Of a stretch of DNA of 64,000 bases, positions 1-14,495 are shown piece after piece. This DNA comes from the human T2T-CHM13v2.0 reference genome, Homo sapiens: assembly GCF_009914755.1 (NCBI RefSeq), contig NC_060928.1; one strand, written 5' to 3'. The position numbers and the translations under genes are program-made. The notes under the pieces were generated by a model, which did no database searches, was not told the origin of the DNA, and saw nothing but the letters and a program-made list of their open reading frames with translations. Within the stretch, counting starts at the first letter, position 1. Each line of letters begins with the position of its first letter.

Positions 1-5
1 ATAAC

Positions 6-707
6 TGTTAGCAAAATGTCAGGGGTTCGATCTAGGTCCTATTGCTCTTTGCACAGAAAGCCAATCACTGGGGCCAAGCACAGTGGCTCACACCTTTAAT
101 CCCAGCACTTTGGGTGGCTGAGACAGGTGAATCGCTTGAGCCCGGGAGTTCAAGACCAGCCTGAGCAATATGGTGAAACGCTGTCTCTACCAAAAATACA
201 AAAATCAGCCAGTCTCATAGCCCAGCCTCAAAATAAATAAATGAATAGATTAAAATAATAATGAAGAAAGCCAATCACGGAGACAATGAATATTGCCAAG
301 GAAAATACTTTAATTGATTGCTGCAGCCAAAAAGATGGGAAATCAGTTTCAAATCCATCTCTGCAACTGACTAAAACTAGGGGTTTATACAGCAGTGAAG
401 GAATTTAACTGCATGTAGAAGAACAGAATTAGAGAGGGGTAAGGAAGAGGATTTGGTCGACGGGAACTATGTGTAGGTGAACAGGAATTAGGGAGGGGTC
501 TGGCATCTCATTGTCCAGATGCAGTGATCTAATAAGTTTCAGTTCTTTGATACTATCTGGGAGGCCTGATGGTGGGTTTCCTAAGAAAGGAACTCAGATA
601 AGACAAATGTAAGTTTCTCAAGTTTTAAGACCAGAGGGGTCTATTTCTATGTTTATTTTTTTTTAACCCATAAACTTCAGTTCTATGGGGATATTGGGCT
701 GGTTTCA
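6..707 (-). mobile_element. ERV1 (MER4-group-like) solo LTR, interrupted by an Alu monomer
   Basis: TGTTA...GGTTTCA termini (TG..CA); near 4-bp TSD taac/taat; recognisable ggggttcgatctaggtcc...cagaaagccaatcact motif; subfamily not assigned. Confidence 0.7.
71..264 (+). mobile_element. Alu left-monomer-type insertion with short non-Alu tail
   Basis: Alu left arm through AAAAATACAAAAAT, then cagccagtctcatagcccagcctc and an A-rich tail; flanked by agaaagccaatcac TSD. Confidence 0.85.
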
Positions 708-1119
708 TAATCAATTCAGATGATTTGGGGCAGTTAAATTGAAAGTATGCATATGTTTTAAAACTTCAGGTTTTTTCATTTCCCTGGGAATGTCACAACG
801 ATTCCTTGGGACTTAAAAGAAAATCTGCCTCAGATATTCAGAAAATTTTAGCAATGTAAGCACCTCCTGATTTTCATTCCGATCACGAACAGCAGTGGAA
901 GAGTAGCCTGGTCTGGGCTAAAAGCTTTGTGAAAGTTTCTGAGCAAATTATTTCACTTCTGCTAAGCCTTGGGTTATTTATCTATTAAAAAAATTTTCAG
1001 TGGCAGTATTTGATTCAAGAGTTAGAAGGTATATGAAGTTAAGCATATAACATGCTAAACACTAGTCATTATTATTAATTATTTGTGAATAATCGTTAAG
1101 TGACTTATAGGGTTTTAAG

Positions 1120-1415
1120 ATTTTTATTTTAGAGACAAAGTCTCTCTCTGTCACCAAGGCTGGAGTGCAGTGGCACAATCATAGTTCACTGTAACCTCAA
1201 ACTCCTAGACTCAAGGGATCCTCCTGCCTCAGCCTTCTGAGTAGCTAGGACTATAGGCATACATCACCACACCTGGCTAATTTTTTTTTTTTTTTTTTGT
1301 AGAGACAGGTCTGCTATCTTGCCCAGGCTGTTCTTGAACTCCTGGCCTCCAGTGATTCTCCTACCTCAGCCTTCCAAAGTACTGGTATTACAGGCATAAA
1401 CTATTGTTCCTGGCC
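1120..1415 (-). mobile_element. Alu (AluJ-like)
   Basis: Reverse-complement Alu dimer with J-type diagnostic stretches. Confidence 0.9.
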
Positions 1416-2987
1416 ATCTAATAGGCATTTTTAAATTGGTTTAGCTTGATAGGAAGTTTTGAAATGCTGATGAAGCCTGTCAGGTTCTTCCCCCTTTGGA
1501 GATTATGTCCGCTTTTGGCCTACAAGTTGGGAATGAAAAGGTTGTATGTTCCTCTCTCTTTGGAGTAGCATGAATTTAATTCAATATGTTACTTTATAAT
1601 CTCAGCTCTCTGAGGACCTGAAAAATGTTATTCTCTTGAAGACCTTTTCACTTGTTCTGGTTGTAGAGGCGGTAGTAACATTCTCTTGTGGCTTTCAATG
1701 TCCTAAACTAAAGTGGAGCATTGAGTGGTCAATGCTACTCACCTGACCACTGCTGAGAAACTGTTCATGGAAAAAGACATTAGACAGTGAAGTTGGACCA
1801 TTGCCCAGCTACGTGAATCACCAAAAGAACTGATCATCTTTAAAAAAGATGTATTTTAAAGGTACCTTGGAAATATGTGGGTCAGCTTCTTCAACATTCA
1901 CTCTATGGTTTCTGGCTAGTGATCAGGTTGTTGGATACATTTCCTAAAAGAGCCCAAATCCAGGAATGCTTAGTTGTATAAAAATGTACATATCCAAGAA
2001 AAATATGGTTCTGTGGGCGTCGTGATCTGTATTTCAAAGAGCAGTGGGCTTTGCCTTTCTTCTCTCCTTTCCATTTCTCTTTTCTTTGTGATGAAAACAA
2101 GGAAAGAAATCCACAAACCTTAATCAGAAAGTTTTTATTTCATTTAAAATGGCCAGTATAGGTAGATTTGTTTTCCCAGTTTTGCTTTGAAGCTGGCACT
2201 TGCGGATATGGTTTGTTTTCTCAATTTGTAAGCAAATCATCCTATGTCATCATAAAACGTGAATGAGTGACCGAGTCCACAGCCCTTTGATTGAGGACAC
2301 ACTCTTTATCTCTAAAGGAAATTTCCTAAGCTATTTAGTCCTTGAGATTGCTAGCTGTCCTTTAGGATATTAAATGTCAGGGAGTTTATGACACTTTTAT
2401 TACTTTGTTAGAATGGCATTATATAATCTCAGCCACGTGTATTCTCTCTACCTCTTTGACCTCCTTATTCTCCTGAGCTCCAAATCTGATAATAAAAGGA
2501 ACACTTAGATTAAAAATAAATAAATTTAACTAGTCTTTATGCTCTCTATTTGTTATTAATCTCCCACTTCCTACCTCCAGCGGATGGCTTTTTATTCCTG
2601 TAATTTACCTTTGAGAGTCAGGTTCTGCAGAGAATAAGTGGGAATTTAAAATGGTTTATGTCTGATTGTACAGTATTGTCAGAACTTGCTGGGGTAAGTT
2701 GAGAGCTGAATATACTAATCTATCTCAGGCCCCAATTCTCTCCCCAGATATGGGAGCTGACATTCACTCAAATTGTTGATCTAGAGGGTAAAAATATTTG
2801 AATCAAATTAGGGTCAGAGAGAGGAGACCCACCCTTTTACTGAAAACACAGCAGTAGCTGATCATCAATGAACAATAGTTACACTCACATTCTTCCAGGC
2901 TCTAATCCATTTTTCTCTGCTCCATTGAGCATGCAGAAATAAAGAGCTCTTGGCCAATGCAGGGACGACTTTAGCATTTCTGGTGTT

Positions 2988-3029
2988 TATTTATGATCAT
3001 CTGGAGTCTATTTATGATCATCTGGAGTC
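2988..3029. repeat. Perfect 2x21-bp tandem duplication
   Basis: tatttatgatcatctggagtc twice. Confidence 0.95.
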
Positions 3030-3684
3030 ATTGGCTTCAGGCTAAGTAGATTTTTCCTGGTCCAGTCATGTAGTTGAAGGGGATATGCACATTAGAGAGG
3101 CAAGGAAAACTATTGCAAGGAGTGGAGGGGGAATGCGAGAGACTTATTTGGTTCTAAAGCAGATGCAGTTTGGAATATAGTCCTAGAAAAATAGGATCCA
3201 CTTTGCATGACAAGGGAAGAGCTGAGGAATAAACATGAGGTCAAGATAAGAGTGAGCAAGTCTCATTTGTTTAGTCCCAAAGAATCTCCTGATTTGGGCA
3301 CCAGCTGGACTGAATAACAGGTCTCAAACCACAAGGCAATCTGCATTCTCCCAACTAACTAATAGGAAGGCCGGCCTAAAGAGCAATATCCTAGATGAAG
3401 CTAATTTGTATTTCATCATCCCCTTCACACTTGCTTGGTGTCTTTAAGAATCAAGAATATCTTAGTGTTCTTGGCAATTGGCACAACTGTATTTAACAGA
3501 GGAGCAAAGACTGCTGCAGTCTGGACACTGGAGCTATCTTTGAATAGCCAGAAACCAAGCAGGGGAATTAAGCTCGGCTAAATGCCATGTCCTTACTATT
3601 AGTCTTGGGCCAACAGGCCAGGCCTATTCGTTACCCTTAGTACTGAGTTGGAAATGTATCTGCAAATGCCAGTGAGAATCTCAA

Positions 3685-3694
3685 TCTCTCTCTC

Positions 3695-3760
<66 letters not shown>
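3685..3760. repeat. Compound (TC)n(AC)n microsatellite
   Basis: Directly visible. Confidence 0.98.
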
Positions 3761-3765
<5 letters not shown>

Positions 3766-4164
3766 TCCTGGAAAAGCTGTTTGAGCCAGGGCTGTCATTT
3801 AAACAGTTTGCTATGTCCAGCTGTATAGGTACCTTTTTTGTCTCAGTTGGCTTGTACGCAACCCTGGCATGTGATTAAAGGGAGAATAGGATTAATGTCC
3901 TTCTTGACAAGACCATCAGTGGCGTAAGACCAGGAGATAATTTATTTTTAAGAGCACTATCAATCTGAGCATGATTTGTGGCTGGCTTTCCAACTGGGCC
4001 ACAACCCTCAGAAGAAGCTCCCCACTCCAGCCTGGCAACAAATACATTCCTCACCTTGATGAGTCTAAACCTCAGACAGCAGCCAGAAGCTGAAGAATCC
4101 CATTGCCTCCTCTGAAAGTGGGAGACTTTATGCACAGAAACATACAAGAGCAGGACCAAAGGCA

Positions 4165-4283
4165 GGGACCACACTGTGTCCACCACACCATCTCCAGCAC
4201 CTAGCATCCAGCCTGGCATGTGGTGAGTACTCACCAACAGTTGGTAGCTAAATGATTCTAATAAATGATTGGATGAATGCATG
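4165..4283 (+). mobile_element. L2 3' end fragment
   Basis: ccagcacctagcatccagcctggcatgtggtgagtactca...tgaatg L2 tail motif. Confidence 0.6.
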
Positions 4284-4605
4284 TAAATTCTTTAAGTTTT
4301 AGCCTCAACTTTATTTGCAAGCTTATTGGTAAAGCTCAATCCAAATATTTATATATGACTTATAATATGCAGAATTTCCTTAGCAGGGGTAAGGTTCTTT
4401 GTGTGTTACCAGTAAGAGAGATAAAAGGCTTAGTATAAAATCATTTATCAGCTTACAGGCTGCATGGCACATCTTATAATACTCAGGCTGTATTAGCCAC
4501 CGTATGATATGTGCTTTTAACTCTCAGATTTGAGAATTTGCTTATCTGAAATGTAAGAATTAATACCTCATACGTAACCTAACATCTTTTTTTGTTTCCT
4601 TGTAG

Positions 4606-4836
<231 letters not shown>

Positions 4837-5647
4837 TAGTTATTATGCCTCTTCCTAAAAGTAATCATGGAAAAGTTGGTGGACTCAGCTTTTATTTTTT
4901 CCTCTCTCTCTCTATTTATGTAGTTTCAGCATCAGTCTCACTGAAGTGCTATTGCATATATAATTTGAGCATCAAAGAATGTAACTGGGGAGAGGACAGG
5001 GGAATGTTTAATTTTAGTCCAGCCTAGGGATTGCTTTCAGGTGGAACACGATGCATGAATCAGCCTCCTGGGATGAATGTAAGAATTTAAACCTACTTTT
5101 CCTTCCATCCCTCCCGTTAACTGTTTTATGCATCACAGCTATATTGCCTATTAAATTCAAACTTTTCAATATCCTGTGTCTTCTAAGACCTACGCTCTCT
5201 GATTAATCCACATTATGCATTTAGTGTGTATTTAAATTTCTTATGTTTAAAATTAGGAATCTAATAATTGAACAAGGACATGACTGTATTAAACTGCATG
5301 GGGCAGCGTGAAGAATCTCTAGTGAAGGGAAGGAGCATGATTGCAGAAGAAGAAAGACATTTCCATTCATAGTAGGCAAGAAGCTTTGTAAAAAGGATTT
5401 ATGTACATTTAATTAAAATACAGCTATTCCACATTATGCTGAAGGTTGTTTTTTTTTTTTTGAGTTTTAGTTTTTTTGAATTACTACTTTTATTGGGACT
5501 TTGGTAATAAAGAATGTATTAAGCATAGCAATTTGGATGGACTTTTGTCACCGTAGCAGAAAAAGCATAGTCTCAGCTAAATAGAGTAGATGCTTAAAGT
5601 AAATGTATTAACACTATAAAATTGTTCCTTGACATTTACAAGAAATA

Positions 5648-5951
<304 letters not shown>

Positions 5952-6565
5952 TTACGAAAAATAATATTACAATTTTTAAAATTTTAAATCTAAAATTAAA
6001 GTTTTGTAGCATGCTTTATAATATTCACACTTGTAGAGCCAAAGGAATATACAAAAAGCCAAACCATTAAATAGTAATACTTGTATATATTTTAAGTCTT
6101 TAAAAAAAATGCTTCATGCAAAATAATTAAGAATTAGCATTAAAGCCTTAATGAATGGGTGTCATTTTCTACCAGCCTAAGTTTCATCAAGAACAAATAC
6201 TAGTATATTTTGAATTTAGATACCTCCTTTAATCCATTTGGCATCAACTGTTTCAAATCATGAGAAAATACTAGGAAATTTAAGTTTTAGTAAAACTCTG
6301 TCAAGTTAACTTTGAATTTTATATCAAGAAGAAACTATTGAGAAAAAAACCTCACGCTTTTACACATAGTATACTATTTTCTTAACAGCAAACAGACATT
6401 TTTCTCTTACGTACCAGCTCATAATATGTCTGTCTAAAATTGCTGGGACAGATGTTTTGTCCCAAAGACTTTCTCAGAGTTGTGCACTTAGTGTTGAGCC
6501 ATGACTACTGTCTGGATGCCCAGAGGAGGCTCATATAATTTTATTATTTTAAAATAGCATCTGTT

Positions 6566-6873
6566 AGCCAGGCACGGTGGCTCATGCCTGTAATCCCAGC
6601 ACGTGGGGAGGCTGAGGCAGGCGGATCATGAGGTCAGGAGATTGAGACCATCCTGGCTAACACAGTGAAACCCCATCTCTACTAAAAATCCAAAAAAATT
6701 ACCCGGGCATGGTGGCGGGCGCCTGTACTCCCAGCAACTCAGGAGGCTCCTACCTCCTACCTCAGTAGGAGAATGGTGTGAACCCTGGAGGCGGAGCTTG
6801 CAGTGAGCCGAGATCGTACCGCTGTACTCCAGCCTGGGCAACAGAGCCAGACGCCATCTCAAAAAAAAAAAAA
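6566..6873 (+). mobile_element. Alu (AluY/Sc-like) with internal micro-inversion
   Basis: Full dimer; TSD catctgtta; anomalous segment at 6748-6765. Confidence 0.93.
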
Positions 6874-7054
6874 CCATCTGTTATAGTGGCAGAAATTATA
6901 TACGTAATTTTAAAAGCAGATTTTATATATTTACTTGTTTCTGTGTTTAGCTATACTAGATTGAAGACATTTTTGTACTTTAATATAATTAAAATTAATC
7001 TTAATAGGCAGTCTATAAACTGCTATACTTTGGAGAGGAAAACTATTTTAATTA

Positions 7055-7380
<326 letters not shown>

Positions 7381-7619
7381 ATGCTACATCAATAGAAGGA
7401 GCAATTTAACATGGATTGAGACTAGAATTAGGCAACATAAGTCTTTTTTGTAACTGGAGAAATAAGTGATTTGGAAAAGCACATACTCAGTTGAAATATA
7501 CAAGCTTTTAAAATGACTGTAAACTCATAAGGAGTACTAAAATGCTGCAGTAATCAAGAAAAACTTCAAAAAGTGGTAATAAATCTTCAGGTAGCCAAAA
7601 ATGAGGCTGATAAGGAAAA

Positions 7620-8570
7620 GTTTATTCATTTCCTAATTATTTATTAAATGTCTCCTATGTGCCAGGCATAGTCCCAGTGGTTTGGGAAATATAACTGTGA
7701 ATAAAATAGATCATAATCACTGTTCTCCTGTAGCCTACACTTTAATGGGGTTGAAGGGACTGACAGCACACACTAGAAGTGAGGGTATTAGAGGATGGTA
7801 AGTTCTATGGAAAAAAGTGAAAGTGGGAGGCAGAGAGCTAGTGTTGGTAAGTGGGAAGTTAGAGTTTTAAAAAGAATATTCACGAAGACCTCAATGAGAA
7901 GCCAGCACTGGGGCAAAGATGTGGAGAAAGTAAAGAAGTTAGCCATATGGATATATGGAGATATTGTCCTGCAGACAGATGAGGGTATAGTACAAAGGAC
8001 TTGAAGCAGAGACATGTTTGACATATTGGAGGAATAGCATTTAAAAGCCAGTGTGGTTGGAGCCAGCAAAGAACATGAGTATATTAGGAGTCAGAATATA
8101 TCAGTTCTCATAGGACATTATAAGGATTTTGACTTTTATTCTGAGTGAAATGGGTAGTCTTTGGAGGTGTTTTTGTTTTTGTTTTTTAAATCAGAGGAGT
8201 GATAAATGACATACATCTAAAAAGATCCTCTGGCTACTCTTGTTCAAAGAAAACTAAGGGTGGAGTGGGCAGGGGTATGAAAAGAGAGACCAGTTAGGAG
8301 GCTATTGCAGTAATTCAGGTGAACGGTAAAGGAGGTTTGGACCAGGGTGATATATCTGGAAGTAGAAATGAAAGGATTCTGTGTATATTTTGAAGATGTA
8401 GCCAATAAAATTTTCTGATTAGACTGGATGTAGAGTAAGAGAAAGAGTCAAGGATGAACCAGAATTTAGGCCTGAGCAATATGAAAAAGGAAGGCATCCT
8501 TTTAATAACTGATAGAGAATTCTGTAGGTAGAGCAAGTTTTGTGGAGAAAATGGGAAGAATCATCCCAAA
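7620..8570 (-). mobile_element. L2 element, 3' portion
   Basis: tttattaaatgtctcctatgtgccaggc and ttattctgagtgaaatggg...gagaccagttaggaggctattgcagtaat L2 motifs. Confidence 0.75.
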
Positions 8571-10113
8571 ATACTAGCTTTAGGCTTAACCAAGTTTTCA
8601 CATTTTTCTGTTTTCTATTTGATTTCTGTTACCTTTATTCTAAACTTTTTTCTAGGTAGGAGCTGAGGTCATTCAGTTGAGACCTTTCTTTTCTAATACT
8701 GGTGTTTAGAGCTATAAATTTTCCCCCAATTACTACTTTAATGTTTCTAATTTCCTTTTTTATTTTCTTCTTTGAGTCACAGATTATAAGTTTGTTTAGT
8801 TTCCAAATATTTGGGGAGTTTTCCAGATATATTTCTGTTACTGATTTCTAATTCCATTTTGCTCAGAGAACATACTTTGTATGTCTCAAATCCTTTTGAA
8901 TTTATTGAGACTTGTTCTGTGGCCCAGAATATGTTCTATCTTGGTAAATGTTCCATATGTACCTAAAAAGGATATGCGTTCTGCTATTTGGGGGTTGGAA
9001 TGTTCTATAAATGTTAGTTAGGCCAGGTTGGCTTGGTGGGTGTTCAGTTCTGCTGTATTTTACTGATTTATTGTCTTCTTACTCTTTCAATTATTAAGAA
9101 AGGGATATTGAAATCTCAGGCTATAATTATGGGTTCGCCCCCTCCTCCTTGCAGAACTTTTTGCTTTGTCATTTGCAGCTCTTTTATTAGTTGCATAGAC
9201 AACCTGGATTATTATGCTATCTTGATGAATTATACCCCTCTATCATTATGCAATGACCTGCTTTATCCATAATAAGATTCTTTGCTCTGAAATCTAGTTT
9301 GTCTTAATATTATAGTTGTTCCAGCTTTCTTTTGTCTATTTTTAATTTTTACCCTGTTTGTCTTTACATGTAAAGTAGGCAGCATACAGTTGTTCTTACT
9401 TTTTTATCTGATATGATAATTTTTACTTTTATTTGGTGATGTAGGCCATTCACATTTAATGTGATAATTGATGTGGTTAGTTTTAAATCTATCATCTTGA
9501 AATTTGTGTCCTGTCTGACCCATTAGTTTTATGTTTTCTTTTTCCCCGTTTCTGATTTCGAGTTATCTGAATAGTTTTTATTATTTCATTTTATCTCCTT
9601 TGTTGGCTTATTTGCTGTAATTTTTTGTTGTTGTTTTAGTGGTACCTTTAGGACTTATAATTTGTCTTTAATTTCAAGTTTTATCTTCAAGTAACATTAT
9701 ACCATTTTACATATTGTACAAGAACATTACAACAGTATACTTTCATCTTGACCTTTGTGCTATGATGTCATATATTTTATTTTTATGTGTGTCACAAACC
9801 CCATACTACATTGTTATTAGTAAAAAGTCAATTGTCATTTAAAGAGGTTTAAATAATTTTTAAAATCTTAAAATACATATTTTAAAATACATATTTTTAT
9901 ACCCATTGTACTTATGTCTAAAACCCATGAACTTTCCATTTCTGGTATTCTTCATCCCTTTGTACAGATCCATATTTTCACATAATGTCAGTTTGTTTCT
10001 ACCTGATGGACTTCCTTCAACATTTCTTGTACTATGGCTTTGCTGGTGATGAATTCTGTCAGCTTTTATATGTCTAGAAAAGTATTTCTTCTTAGTTATT
10101 GAAAGATAATATT

Positions 10114-10447
<334 letters not shown>

Positions 10448-10979
10448 TTATTTTTAGCACTTTAAAGATGTTGCTCCACTGTATTCTCACATTATTTTCC
10501 TTTGTCCCTGGCTTTGAACTGTTTGATTATGATGTGTCTTGGTGTAGTTTTCTTCTTCTTTCTTTTTTCTTCCTTCTTTCTTCTTCTTTCTGTTTGTTGT
10601 TTTTTTGTTACTCCCTTGGGGTTTGTTGACCTTCTAAAATCCTGTGGCTTTATAGTTTCAATCCAATTTGGAAAAAAATCTCCATTATTTATTTTAAAAT
10701 TTGTTCATCTCTTCTGGGTTGATTTCCATTGATTAATTTTTATACTCATAGTAATTTTTTATTAGATGGTGGGCTTTGTGAGTTTTACTTTGCTGAGTGT
10801 TATATGCATATTTTAGTATTTATATAAGTATTTTTGAGCATTCTTCTGGAATACAAGTTACTTGGAAACAGTTTTATCACTTTGAGTCTTTCCTTTAAGA
10901 TTTGTCAGGCTTCTAAGATTGTTCTGGGCTAATTATTCCCAACTACTGAGGCAAGACCTTTCTGTATATTCTACTATGG

Positions 10980-11176
10980 GGGGGTCAGTAAACTCATTGA
11001 CCAAATCTGCTCCTCAGGCTATTTTGTTGGAACATCGCTATGCCCATCTATTAACATATTTCTGTGGCCACTTTTGCTCTACCACTGCAGAGTTGAGTAG
11101 CTGAAGCAGAGATCATGTGGCCTGAGAAACCGAAAGATTTACTATCTGGCCCTTTACAGAAAAAGTTTGCTGACTT
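10980..11176. mobile_element. MER58-like hAT-Charlie element
   Basis: ggggtcagtaaact ... tttactatctggccctttacagaaaaagtttgctgac termini. Confidence 0.75.
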
Positions 11177-11659
11177 GTGCTCTACCCAGTGACTCATGAA
11201 TCATGCATGAGGTTTTACAGTCTAGCTGTTGAGAGTAGGTACTATTCCTGGCCCTATGTGTGGGCACTGGGTACTATTATCTCTCATATTTTCCAGAGAC
11301 TGAAAATCTCTGGAATTCTCTTTCTGTGCAGGCTTGTCTTCAGTACTCAGTCCTGTGAATTCCAGTAATGTTGATTTGCTTGGACTCTTGACTTCATTTC
11401 CATCACAACTCAGGGAGTCTGCCAGGCTCTGTCTGGATTATTCTTCCTCGCAGTGTGACCTAGAAACTTTCACAGGGCAGTGAGTTGGGGCAGTGATTGG
11501 ACTCTTGCTTTGTTGCCCTTCTCTGGGAGATCATTGTCTTTTGTTGCCTGATGCCAATTGTCTTGTAAAACATTGTATCATGTGTTTTACCCATCTTTTA
11601 GTTGTTTAATGTAGGAGAATAAATCCAATTCTTTTTACTCCATCTTATCCAGAAGATTG

Positions 11660-11930
11660 AGAAGTTGATTTGGGGCATGTTGAATGTAAAGTTGAATCCA
11701 GGGGTGAAGTAGAAGCTAAAGATATGAATGTGGGGATTTTTATTATGTAAATAATATTTAAAACCATAAGACTGAATGAGATCATTAAGGGAATGAATAT
11801 AGATTGATAAGAGGTTCAAGGACTGACACCTGGTATATTCCAATATTAAGAGATGGGTGAGATTAGGAACCAGTAAAAGAGACTAAGGAGAAACCACTAA
11901 TGTGCTAGGAGGAAAAGCAGAGTGTAGTAT
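11660..11930 (-). mobile_element. L2 continuation
   Basis: gactgaatgagatcattaagggaatgaatatagat L2 motif. Confidence 0.6.
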
Positions 11931-14039
11931 GGTTTCCACATTTTGTGGGAAATTATTTACACATTACTTAAATATCTTGAATCCCAAGATCCACCCCCTA
12001 ATCATTTTAATCATGTAAGTCATCATAAGTAAGAACCCAGTACCTTCTATTTTAAAATTGTGACTTATATATTTTCCCAAAGAAGTTGTATATTCCTGCA
12101 TAATGGCCCACAAAATGATTGGGTTAGTCATATTAGAAACCAGGTTAAAGAAAACTCCAATACATCATGTCATAGCATCTAAAACTATAATTAACCTGTA
12201 CTTCCAGAACTATATATACCACTGTTTGGTAGGCTGTCAAGATAACGGCTGCTGAATGATCAAGGGGAAGTTAAACGTAAGCAAAAATTAAGAACTTTCA
12301 TTCAGAGAAGTTAAGATTTTTCCTTATTTATGTGGTTGATATCCATAACAAAACATGAGCATATTAATATTTTTCAAATTTCAAAAATAGAAGACATTTC
12401 TCAAAGCTTAAAAGAACTAAATTTTAAAAATTAATGGAAATGAGCTTTTTTGGATGAAAAAATGAAGTCATAGAGAAGTTTAAATCAGTTGTTTGAAAAC
12501 TATGTTTTTAAAGAACAGGATCTTCTACAAGTTGGAAAGATAGTCATCTCCTAAAATAAAATGATACCTTTTTTTGAAGGTATAGGCAAAATTAAGCAGA
12601 TAGATAAAATTTTCCCCTTAGAAAGTTTCCTGCTGTTAACTTTCTTTTAAACCCTTATTGTCTCCTAGGACCTACCTTACTAATAATCTGTGGACTCTAA
12701 TTTATCATAATTGTATGTTTTATTATCAATTATTATTAAATGAGGGAAAATTTCCATATTTTTAATGAAAAGGAAACATTTTTGGGTAACCTTAAGAATT
12801 TCTAGGGATAGACTTATTATATATTTTTTAAAATCACATGTATGAAATATATTAATTTTGAAAAATATGTTTTTCTGATCTTTCCTTGTATAAAATAATT
12901 TTATTCAAGTATTCTTATTTATCTGACATGATTTTTGAAAGATATGTTTACAGTGATATCTGACACTTCATATTTTAGGTCATACTCCTTGGAATAACTA
13001 ATGCTGTTTAAAGTTTTGCTCTGTTTTTTATTTTGTCATTAAAATAAAAGAGCGGGAGGAACCGTATCTAAGAACACATTACTAGCATTCAGGGGAGTTT
13101 CCACAGTCCTACTTTTACATAAACATTTCTTGAATAAATTGACTTAGGTCAGTACAGGGGGATGGCTTAGAATAGCAATCATAGTTTTACATAAAGAAGT
13201 GGAGAAATAACCTGTCAAATTATGATTTTTTAATAAGCAAGAATTCAAACTTTTTATAACTTACTGATATCATACGTTATTCTACCTCAGTTTGTCATTT
13301 TTCTTGATTAGCAAGTTAAAAATAGCTACATAGGCCTGCACCACTAAGAAGATGGTAGCCTTGGAGGGAAAAGCTGGGGCTAGAGCAGTCTCCAGATCTC
13401 ACAGTTACACCAGAGTTCCCAGATGAATTAATGACCCAAACGAGAGGCTTCTTGAGGTCTTCTTCGTTTCCACACACAGAAACATTTTTGGAAGGTAAAA
13501 TGTTTGAACCTGAGAAGGACGGCTCCTCTCAAGCTCTCCATGACCTGAAGAGTGTCTAGGTTTAAAGAGGATACCCCAGATGAGCCCTGGGAAGTTACCT
13601 TCAGGCACTCCCAGGAGGTAAGCTTGAAGCACCTGAAAACCCTCACAACAGGCTGAAATCACTTGTGTTTTCCATGGAAAAAATGGTAATGACTGTCCAT
13701 TTTTAATGCCTTTTTTCATAGAAAAAGTAGGAATGCTATGAATTTTCTCTAGCTGTTTGTGAGTTTTTTGCGGATAAAACAAAGTTACTAGACAGTATTA
13801 TTATTATATTTAAAGCAAAGTTTTTACCATAATAGTGCTTCAGGGAACTCACATCTGTAACCACATCAGATAAAAAGCAATTTTCAGAAAAGAATGAAAA
13901 ACTTCAATAATATCTGCAGTAGACGTGCCAGTGTTTTTCTATATTATATATATGTGTTTATGTAATTCATATTATATAAATATGCAAATGTATGTATACT
14001 TATCAAATTCTAGGTTTTTTCTTATAATAGCTTAATCAC

Positions 14040-14495
14040 ATTTTTTGTCTTTTTAAAGAAGTATCAATAGCTTTAGGGGTACACGTGATTTTTTGGATAC
14101 ATGGATGAATTGTGCAAGGGTGAAGTCTGGGATTTTAGTGTACCCACCATCTGAGTAGTATACACTGTACCTCAATAGGTAGTTTTTCATCCCTCACCCC
14201 ACCTTCCGGCTTCCCCACTTCTGATTATCCAATGTTCATTATACCACTCTGTATGCCTTTGTGTACCCATAGCTTAGGTCCCACTTGGAAGTGAGGACAT
14301 GTGGTATTTGGGTTTTTGATTCCTGAGTTACTTTACTTAGAGTAATAGCCTTCAGTTCCATACAAGTTGCTGCAAAAGACACTATTTCATTCTTTTTTAT
14401 GGCTGAGTGGTATTCCATGGTGTATATACACCACATTTTCTTAATTCACTTATCAGTTGATGGGCATTTAGATTGATTCCATATGTTTGCAATTT
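14040..14495 (-). mobile_element. L1PB-like 3' end
   Basis: ORF 14239..14436 (MWCIYTMEYHSAIKKNEI...) is L1 ORF2 C-terminus, plus 3'UTR. Confidence 0.85.

Noticed and set aside
3648-4282. ORFs 3648..3878 and 3875..4282 as novel genes
   Set aside because: They run through a microsatellite and an L2 fragment, with no recognisable protein features
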